Origin: Actinoplanes sp. NPDC049681
Lineage (GTDB): Bacteria; Actinomycetota; Actinomycetes; Mycobacteriales; Micromonosporaceae
DNA: 32,000 nucleotides
Direction of reading: 5' to 3'
Assembly: GCF_044465265.1 (NCBI RefSeq)
Contig: NZ_JBITLP010000003.1
Location: forward strand, 21,577 to 53,576
Shown here in pieces: positions 25,595-32,000 of the stretch (position 1 is its first letter; each line of letters opens with the position of its first letter). The position numbers were made by a program, and so were the translations under genes. Below the pieces are notes generated by a model. It worked only from the letters and a program-made list of their open reading frames with translations, was not told where the DNA came from and did no database searches.

Positions 25595-27109
25595 ATGAAG
25601 TTCCAGTTCCCGCCGCGCTCGACGCGCGGAGCGGTCCTCGGGTTCGCCTGGTCCCAGATCGCGCTGGTTATGGCCGGTGTCATCGCCGCCGTCGTGGCCC
25701 TCAACCTGCTGGTGGCCGGGCACCGCGGGCTCGCAATTGGAGCGCTGGCGTGCTGCGTACTGCTGGTGACGGTGGGCCTGCTGCGGTTCAAGGGCCGCCG
25801 GGTGACTGAGTGGGCTCCCGTCGTCATCGGAGCGCTGCTGCAACGCCGTGCCGGGCAGAGCGAATACCGCGGCGGCCCTTACGCGCCAAACAGCGTCGAG
25901 CAGTGGATGGACCTGCCCGGCCCGGCCGCCGCCTACGTATGGCTCACCGCGACCGCGTCGGATGGCACCACACAGATCGGGCTGCTGCACCACCGCCGCG
26001 AGAAGACGATGACGGCGGCCCTCGCGTGCTACGGCACCAACCTCATCCTGGCCGACCGCGACGTCCAGGCGCAGCGGCTCACCGACTGGGCGCAGCTGCT
26101 CAACATTCTCGGCAGTGAGTACGCCGACGCCGGCCTGATCCGATGGTCGGTGACCTCCCGCGCGGTGCCGGACACCGGCAACGCGGCCCAGCGGTTCCTG
26201 GTGAACCGGGCCGTCGACTCCAGCAGCGACGCCTACCGGTCGCTGGCGCAGCTGACCGCGGCGGCGGCGCCGGCGGCGCAGCGCCATGAGATCTACCTGT
26301 CGGTGGTGTTCGACGTCGCCCGGCTGTCCGGGGAGATCGCCCAGGCTGGCGGGACGGACGCGGCGATCGCTGCGGTGGTGCTGGACCGGCTGACCGGTAT
26401 CGAGTCCGCCGTGATGGAAGCCGGGATCACCACCGGGGGCTGGCTGTCACCGCGCGCGTACGCCGCCGTCATCCGTACGCAGTTCGAGCCCGATGATCAG
26501 GAGGTCGTCGACCTGCGCGCCGGCACCGCCCCGACCGGCGGTCCGACCGCGGCGGGAGTCGAGCCACGATTGGCGGGGCCGGTCGCCGCCCGCACGGTGG
26601 GCTGGAACACCTACCAGCACGACTCGGCGTACTCCCGCACCCTGTGGGTGGCGCAGATGCCCCGGCAACTGGTCGCCGCTACGTGGTTGAGCCCGCTCTA
26701 CATGCGCACCACCTGCCGCCGCACGGTCACCCTGGTCGCCCAGCCGGTCCCTGCCGCGGTGGCGCAGCTGGCCACCCGCCGGGAGAAGGTGTCGCGGGCT
26801 GGTGACGAGGTCACCAAACGCAAACTGCGGCTGGTCCGGACTGCGCGGGAGGATGACGAGGCCCGCGCGGTCGAGCAGATCGACCGGGAGCAGGCCGCCG
26901 GGCACGTGCGGTACCGGTACGCGCTGCTGATCACCGTCACCGCGCCCACCATGCCGGACCTCGACCGGGACGTGCGCTCAGTGAAACGGATCCTGTCGCG
27001 CGTCGGATGCGAGGCCATCGTCCTGGCCGGGGAGCAGGACCAGGCGTTCGCCGCCGGGGCGCTGCCGTTGGCGCGCGGGCTGAAGCCCGCCCGGGGGTGG
27101 TCCGCGTGA
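25595..27109 (+). CDS. Conjugation membrane protein of the type annotated as SCO6880 family in Streptomyces (two N-terminal TM helices + ~400-aa soluble domain)
   Basis: The RBS is GGAGAG. The N-terminal helices are FAWSQIALVMAGVIAAVVALNLLV and LAIGALACCVLLVTVGLL. The gene sits immediately upstream of, and overlaps (GTGA), the VirB4-like ATPase gene. The family name comes from memory of public annotations and was not verified here. Confidence 0.55.
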   Translation: MKFQFPPRSTRGAVLGFAWSQIALVMAGVIAAVVALNLLVAGHRGLAIGALACCVLLVTVGLLRFKGRRVTEWAPVVIGALLQRRAGQSEYRGGPYAPNSVEQWMDLPGPAAAYVWLTATASDGTTQIGLLHHRREKTMTAALACYGTNLILADRDVQAQRLTDWAQLLNILGSEYADAGLIRWSVTSRAVPDTGNAAQRFLVNRAVDSSSDAYRSLAQLTAAAAPAAQRHEIYLSVVFDVARLSGEIAQAGGTDAAIAAVVLDRLTGIESAVMEAGITTGGWLSPRAYAAVIRTQFEPDDQEVVDLRAGTAPTGGPTAAGVEPRLAGPVAARTVGWNTYQHDSAYSRTLWVAQMPRQLVAATWLSPLYMRTTCRRTVTLVAQPVPAAVAQLATRREKVSRAGDEVTKRKLRLVRTAREDDEARAVEQIDREQAAGHVRYRYALLITVTAPTMPDLDRDVRSVKRILSRVGCEAIVLAGEQDQAFAAGALPLARGLKPARGWSA

Positions 27110-28674
27110 GCCGCCGGGTCCTGCGCCGCCAAGGCTCCCTGGCCGACCGTATCGAGCAGCGGGCCGCCGCCCGCGACCTCGCCCGTGAGCAGGCCGCACT
27201 GGAGCGCGAACAGCGCACGCTGGCGCGGCAGGAGGACCGGCTGCTCGGTCCAGTGCCGGTCGACCGGCGGGGCGCCTATGGCCGCACTGCCGGGCGGGTG
27301 TTCTGGCAGATGCAACTACCGCCGCTGACCACCACCTCCGCCCAGCTGTGCAGCGTGTACCCGTTCGTGTCCGACCCGGGCCTGCCCGTCGACGGGCCGC
27401 TGATCGGCCTGGAGGTCTACTCCCGCAGCGCGTTCACCTTCAGCCTGCACGAGCTGTACCGGGCGAAAGTCATCACCGCCCCGAACATGGTCGTCACCGG
27501 CGAAATCGGCTCCGCGAAATCATCGCTGCTCAAGACCCTGGCATTCCGGGGTATCCCGTTCGGCACTCGCTTCTACGGCACCGACTACAAGGGTGAATAC
27601 GAACAGCTCGCCGCCGCTGCCGGCATCGCCCCGGTGCGTATCGGCCCCGGCCTGGGCGTCATCATGAACCCCCTGGCAGGGATCCGGCGGCATCCGCAGC
27701 AGACCGAGGCCCAATGGCGGCAGTTGCAGCGCTCACGCCGGCTGCTGCTGCTCGAAGGACTCTTGGAGATCCAGCTCGGCGGACCCTTGCATGAAGCCGA
27801 ACGCTCGCTGGTGGAATATGCCGTCGACGCCGTCACCCGCGAACACGACGCCTCCGCCGATCGAATGGCCACCCCCACACTGAGCGTGGTCCTCGCCGCC
27901 ATGGGAAAGCCTGAGTTGTGGGCGCACCGCCTCGACGGGCTCCATTACCCCATCACCGTATTCATCGATGATTCCCGGCGCGTGCGTCTGGCCATGGAAA
28001 GGCTCATCTCCGGAGCACTCGGCGGGGTGTTCGACGGCCCGGTCGCATCCAATGCCCGCCTGGACTTCACCCAGCCCGGGGCAATCCTGGACCTGCGCAC
28101 CATCCGCGCCAGCGACCAGCTGACCGCGATGGCGATGACCTGCGCCCAGTCCTGGCTGGAGACCGAACTATCGGCGCCGGACGCCCCGGCGCGGGTGTGC
28201 TTCTACGATGAGTTCGCGCTCATCGCCCGCCACCTGCCGCTGATCCGGCGCATGCGCGAACAGCTGAAGCTGGCCCGGGCGCTGGGCATCGCCAACGTCC
28301 TGGCCTTCCACCGCTTCAGTGATCTGGCGGCGTCCGGATCGGCCGACTCCGAACAGGTCCGCATCGCCCGCGGCCTGATCGAGGACTCCGGCGTGCGCGT
28401 CTCCTACCGTCAGGCCGCCGGCAGCCTGGAACAGGCCCGCGAGTTCCTCGGCACCTCCGACGTCGAGACCGACCTGATGCGCTTCCTGCGCCAAGGCGTC
28501 GGCCTGTGGAAGATCGGCACCCGCTCCTTCGTCGTCAAACACCAGCTGTCCCGGCTGGAGACGGCGATGGTGCACACCGACAGCCGCATGGAAACCGACG
28601 AGCCGGCCGCACCGGTCGACGGCGCCGACTACGACGCCCGCCTGGCCGCCGCCACCGACGGAACGGCCGCGTGA
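27106..28674 (+). CDS. VirB4-like conjugative ATPase (C-terminal ATPase-domain-sized protein)
   Basis: Walker A is VVTGEIGSAKSSLLK (27499-27522) and Walker B is RVCFYDEFALIA. ANVLAFHRFSDL follows later. GTG 27106 overlaps the upstream stop. Confidence 0.8.
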   Translation: MSRRVLRRQGSLADRIEQRAAARDLAREQAALEREQRTLARQEDRLLGPVPVDRRGAYGRTAGRVFWQMQLPPLTTTSAQLCSVYPFVSDPGLPVDGPLIGLEVYSRSAFTFSLHELYRAKVITAPNMVVTGEIGSAKSSLLKTLAFRGIPFGTRFYGTDYKGEYEQLAAAAGIAPVRIGPGLGVIMNPLAGIRRHPQQTEAQWRQLQRSRRLLLLEGLLEIQLGGPLHEAERSLVEYAVDAVTREHDASADRMATPTLSVVLAAMGKPELWAHRLDGLHYPITVFIDDSRRVRLAMERLISGALGGVFDGPVASNARLDFTQPGAILDLRTIRASDQLTAMAMTCAQSWLETELSAPDAPARVCFYDEFALIARHLPLIRRMREQLKLARALGIANVLAFHRFSDLAASGSADSEQVRIARGLIEDSGVRVSYRQAAGSLEQAREFLGTSDVETDLMRFLRQGVGLWKIGTRSFVVKHQLSRLETAMVHTDSRMETDEPAAPVDGADYDARLAAATDGTAA

Positions 28675-30530
28675 TGGCCCGCCCGCCGCTGTCCTCACCC
28701 GGGTACCGCCCACCTCGGCAAGGCCGGGCCCGCGCCGACATCCTCGGCCGGCTCATCCTGCTCGTGCTGTTCGCGGTCGTCGCCGTGGTCGGGGTGGTGT
28801 CACTATGGGCGGCCGGTCAGCTGTCCGCCCTGCTAGCTCACCATCGGTGGGCGGACAGCACGATCGGGCAGGCCCCCGGGATCGTGGTGCGCCTGACCGC
28901 GCACCTGAGCCACCCCGGCGATGCGTGGCCGGCCACCGCCCACGCGGTCATCGGCGGGCCGTGGCTGCTGTATCCGCTGTGGGCACTCACGTTCTTCGGC
29001 ATCCTCGCCGGGATCGGCGCACCGGCGCTGCACCTGGCCAAGACCCGGATGCGCCGCAGCGGCTTCGCCACCCACGCTGACCTGCACCGGACGCTGACCG
29101 CCGACGCGGTCCGCAAGCGCGTCGGCGTCGTGCGTCCCGGCCTGGCCATCCTCGACTCCGACGACGAGCTCACCCGGGCGACCAAGACCGCCCGCCGCCA
29201 AGACCCGCTCGAGGTCGCCCGGTTCCTCGGCACCGACGCCACCAGCGGCCAGCCGCTCTACCTGGCCAACGAATACACCCTGCTCGCCGCCGCGGTGCCG
29301 CGCTTCGGCAACAAGACCACCCGCTACGTGATCCCCGCGGTCGCTGACGCCCGTGGCGCGGTCATCACCACCTCGACCCGGCTGGACGTCGCCGAGATCA
29401 CCTACGACCGCCGGGCCGCGATCGGCCCCACCTACATCTTCGAGCCCCAAGGCGAGATCCGCGGTGTACCGCGCATGGCATGGTCGCCGATCGAAGGCGC
29501 CGATGACCAGATCGTCGCGATGCTCCGGGCCAATGGTTTCGCCGCGGGCTCCGGCATCGGCGACGAGAGCGTGGAGAACGGCAAGTGGTTCCGCGACCAA
29601 GCCGCCACCATCCTGCGGGGCCTGCTGCACGCCGCCGCCCTGGACGAGCACGCCACCATGCTCGATGTCCTCGCCTGGTCGCAGAACCCGGCCAATTCAC
29701 GCCCCGAGCGGATCCTGCGCGCGCACGGCGTCGACGCGTGGGCCGACCGGCTCGCCCGGCACCGCGAAACCAGCGGCCGGGCCCGCGACACCATCCAAAC
29801 CGTCGTCTCGGGCGCCCTCGACGCGTTCAACGACCCCCGCGTGCTGACCGCCTGCTCACCGCCGCGCGGCACGCAGTTCAAGCCCATCGATTGGCTGCGC
29901 GAGTCCGGCACCATCTACCTGGTTGGCACCCGCGACGCCCAAGCGTTGATCGCGCCGCTGCTCGCCGCCTTGAGCGAGGACATCCTCTACCAGGCCAAAC
30001 GCCTCGCCCTGACCGCACCGGGTGGACGGATCGAACCGACGCTGTACTTCATCGGCGACGAGATCACCAACATCGCGCCGCTGCCGTCATTGCCGTCGCT
30101 GATGAATGAGGGCGGCGGCTCCGGCATCGCCGTCAGCGTCTTCGCCCAGAACCTGCATCAGCTCCGCGAACGGTGGGGCGATAAGGGCGGCCGGGCTATC
30201 GCCGACTCCGCCAGCGCCCGGCTGCTCATCGGCGGCAGCAGCGACGTCACCGGCATGCGCGACGCCCAAGCCCTGGCCGGACAGGTCACCGACATCACCT
30301 CTAGCCACTCCTGGGGAAGCGGCCGTGCCTCGATCAACGAAAGCACCCGCCGCGAAAACCTCCTGGATCTGGCCGACCTGCGCACCCTGCCCGAAGGCCG
30401 CGCGCTCGCCCTGGTCGGCAACCTGCCCCCGGTCGAGCTCGCCGTACCGGCGTGGTGGGAACGCCCCGACGCCGGCGAGCTGACCGCCGGCCGCGACGCC
30501 TTCCGCCGACGACTCGCCGAGGCCGCCTGA
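28674..30530 (+). CDS. VirD4/TraG-type type IV coupling protein
   Basis: The N-terminal TM helices are LILLVLFAVVAVVGVVSLWAAG and PWLLYPLWALTFFGILAGIGAPAL. The P-loop region is VPRFGNKTTRYVIPAV (29298-29321). Walker B is LYFIGDEITNIAPLP. The C-terminal LLIGGSSD...LA region is typical of TraM-recognition/TraG-D_C proteins. The ATG overlaps the upstream TGA. Confidence 0.8.
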   Translation: MARPPLSSPGYRPPRQGRARADILGRLILLVLFAVVAVVGVVSLWAAGQLSALLAHHRWADSTIGQAPGIVVRLTAHLSHPGDAWPATAHAVIGGPWLLYPLWALTFFGILAGIGAPALHLAKTRMRRSGFATHADLHRTLTADAVRKRVGVVRPGLAILDSDDELTRATKTARRQDPLEVARFLGTDATSGQPLYLANEYTLLAAAVPRFGNKTTRYVIPAVADARGAVITTSTRLDVAEITYDRRAAIGPTYIFEPQGEIRGVPRMAWSPIEGADDQIVAMLRANGFAAGSGIGDESVENGKWFRDQAATILRGLLHAAALDEHATMLDVLAWSQNPANSRPERILRAHGVDAWADRLARHRETSGRARDTIQTVVSGALDAFNDPRVLTACSPPRGTQFKPIDWLRESGTIYLVGTRDAQALIAPLLAALSEDILYQAKRLALTAPGGRIEPTLYFIGDEITNIAPLPSLPSLMNEGGGSGIAVSVFAQNLHQLRERWGDKGGRAIADSASARLLIGGSSDVTGMRDAQALAGQVTDITSSHSWGSGRASINESTRRENLLDLADLRTLPEGRALALVGNLPPVELAVPAWWERPDAGELTAGRDAFRRRLAEAA

Positions 30531-31144
30531 TGGACGCCTTGGACTTCCAGCTGCCCGACGACCCACCGGCGGACATGGTCGCGGTCGCGCAGCTCGCCGC
30601 GACCGTGGCCCGGCTCGCCGAGGCCGTCGACACGCTGCACCAGCAACACCTCGCCCTAGCCGACACCGTCGGCCGCAGCGCCAGCGCCGGACCACGCAAG
30701 GCCCCGCAGAGCATGCCGTGGCCGCTGCGCTGGGCCGAGCTCGACCGCGACGCCGCCGCGCAGGCGTGGGCGTGGCTGATCGACTGGGTCGACTGGGCCG
30801 TCGACCGCTACCAACTCGTCGAAGAAATCCCAGCCTGCTGGTACCAGCACCCGCCACTGATCGAGGAACTGTCCGCGCTCGCCGCCGCCTGGCACACCGC
30901 GTACGACGACACGGCGTCGGCGGACGGGCCGCTGCTGTGGCACGAACGCTTCGCCCGCGCCCGGATACGGCTGCGCGACTTCGACGACTACACCCGCTGC
31001 CGCAACGGCACCCACAACGACCGGCACCTCGACCTCAACTGGCCCGACGCCTGGCGTGAGGCCGCCCTGCTGGTCGCTGACGCCGACCTCGCCGGCCGCC
31101 CGGGCGCTGCGCCGGCCGGTAGTCCGCAGGAGGTGACGTCATGA
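30530..31144 (+). CDS. DUF4913-like protein commonly found downstream of actinobacterial coupling-protein genes
   Basis: AAQAWAWLIDWVDWAVDRYQLVEEIPACWYQHPPLIEELSALAAAWHTAYD matches my recollection of the DUF4913 core (W..L..WV.wl..rY.....iP.CW..HP..v.EL.aL..aW). The start overlaps the upstream stop. Confidence 0.65.
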   Translation: MDALDFQLPDDPPADMVAVAQLAATVARLAEAVDTLHQQHLALADTVGRSASAGPRKAPQSMPWPLRWAELDRDAAAQAWAWLIDWVDWAVDRYQLVEEIPACWYQHPPLIEELSALAAAWHTAYDDTASADGPLLWHERFARARIRLRDFDDYTRCRNGTHNDRHLDLNWPDAWREAALLVADADLAGRPGAAPAGSPQEVTS

Positions 31145-31449
31145 CCATGCCCGCCGAAGTGACCTCGGACGCCGCCTGGGACCGCCTCAACACCGTCCTG
31201 CGGGCCATGTACCGCGACGTCGACGACCTCTACCAGCGCATCACCGACCCCGAAGCCGATGAGCGAACACCGCAGCCAGAGGAGACCGAACCCGTGAGCG
31301 ACTTGGACGCCGAATACGACGCCGAAGACCACTACCGCGCCGCCGAATACGCCGACGAGGAACGCGAGCGCCTCGACGGGGAGACCGACGGCCGACTCGA
31401 CGGGGACTACGACCCCGACATCTACGACGACCCCGGCCTGGAGCACTGA
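31141..31449 (+). CDS. Small, extremely acidic hypothetical protein
   Basis: 102 aa with ATGA overlap to the upstream gene. By my count roughly one third of residues are Asp/Glu, concentrated in the C-terminal 70 aa (PEADERTPQPEETEPVSDLDAEYDAEDHY...DGDYDPDIYDDPGLEH). Confidence 0.6.
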   Translation: MTMPAEVTSDAAWDRLNTVLRAMYRDVDDLYQRITDPEADERTPQPEETEPVSDLDAEYDAEDHYRAAEYADEERERLDGETDGRLDGDYDPDIYDDPGLEH

Positions 31450-31715
31450 TGCCCGGCCACATCCTCGCCCACGGCGGCGACGTCACGCATGATGCGGCCA
31501 CCAGCCGCATGGCCGGCGGCGACTACCTGAGCTACCTCGACATCCTTCGGGCGCTTGACGGTCAAGGCGCCGCCGTAAACAGCGCGTTGCTCGAGGCACA
31601 CACCGCCTACACCAGCGAGCAGCGCCAGACCGCGCTGACCACTCTGCACGGCCAGCTGCGTGACATGGCGGCCACCGCCAACGACGCCCTCGGCAAATTG
31701 GCCTGTGAAGGGTGA
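31449..31715 (+). CDS. Hypothetical 88-aa protein
   Basis: It overlaps the upstream gene (TGATG), is on the same strand, and has G/C-rich third positions. No motif was recognised. Confidence 0.5.
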   Translation: MPGHILAHGGDVTHDAATSRMAGGDYLSYLDILRALDGQGAAVNSALLEAHTAYTSEQRQTALTTLHGQLRDMAATANDALGKLACEG

Positions 31716-31724
31716 GGAACCGGC

Positions 31725-32000
31725 ATGATCCGCCAGCGAGTGGCCCTCGTCTGCGGATTCGCCGTCGCCGTAACGGCGGGCTGCAGCCGATGCTGACGCC
31801 GCCCTACGCCCAGCTGCTCGCGGACACCGATCCGGCGCACGTCTCGGCTCACGTCATGATCGGCAGCCCACGTCTGGTCTCGGCGGACCCGGCCGTCATG
31901 GTCGCCGACGTGCCCACCGACGCTGGGCCCACGCGCGTGACTGTCGCCAGCAGCGGCGGTCGGTGGCTGATCGAGAACGCCCGCCCGGCGCCGGTGCCAT
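31725..32000 (+). pseudogene. Putative lipoprotein gene, apparently interrupted by a frameshift (or a 23-codon micro-ORF followed by a separate CDS from ATG 31790 running off the window)
   Basis: GGTGAGGAA precedes ATG 31725. The product MIRQRVALVCGFAVAVTAGC has a signal peptide with a lipobox-like TAGC, then stops 3 codons later (TGA 31794-31796). The -1 frame is open from 31790 to the window end (MLTPPYAQLLADTDPAHV...GGRWLIENARPAPVP). Confidence 0.35.

Larger units (their letters stand above)
21980..32000 (+). mobile_element. Type-IV-secretion conjugation module of an actinobacterial ICE/plasmid (partial; continues past window end)
   Basis: There are ten consecutive same-strand genes with stop/start overlaps. 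They include VirB4-like and VirD4/TraG-like ATPases, a TrbL/VirB6-like polytopic protein, a pilin-like protein and a DUF4913-like protein. Confidence 0.75.

Noticed and set aside
1-32000. A whole-window check for CRISPR arrays, rRNA, IS elements/transposases, integrase and relaxase genes.
   Set aside because: I found no regularly spaced repeats, no rRNA-like conserved blocks, and no DDE/HUH/tyrosine- or serine-recombinase or MOB relaxase motifs in any listed ORF. The one exception is the weak integrase-like fragment at 3343-3582, reported under findings.

Overview
High-GC window with actinobacterial-type codon usage. It reads as a mosaic accessory region, most likely part of an integrative-conjugative element or large plasmid. 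All calls rest on by-eye motif recognition and reading-frame logic; no searches were run.

Layout, left to right:
1. nt 1-3079: a 5'-truncated NACHT STAND NTPase with a membrane-embedded C-terminus, followed on the same strand by a divergent FtsW/RodA (SEDS) paralogue.
2. nt 3109-6362: an AlpA/Xis-like HTH gene divergent from a PrimPol + P4/D5-type helicase replicase. A 20-bp inverted-repeat/iteron structure follows. No integrase is present.
3. nt 6447-16780: cargo and regulatory genes. These are an MBL-fold hydrolase, an MmyB-like XRE regulator, a SAM methyltransferase, a STAND-LuxR regulator, a FabG/MabA-like reductase, a small XRE HTH, an orphan 252-aa protein, an L,D-transpeptidase-like protein and a cytochrome P450.
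4. nt 17185-21081: a tightly coupled three-gene operon. It encodes a Cap4/DUF4297-like nuclease, a small helical protein and a Rad50/SMC-like ABC ATPase carrying a four-Cys knuckle. This matches the Lamassu type II / ABC-3C anti-phage/anti-plasmid architecture and is the strongest 'system' call in the window.
5. nt 21082-21979: a ~0.9-kb gene-poor spacer.
6. nt 21980 to the window end: a translationally coupled actinobacterial type-IV-secretion conjugation operon. It runs ParA-like, pilin-like, TrbL/VirB6-like, SCO6880-like, VirB4-like, VirD4/TraG-like, DUF4913-like, then small proteins.

I could not support any tRNA, rRNA, CRISPR array, transposase, integrase or relaxase in this window.
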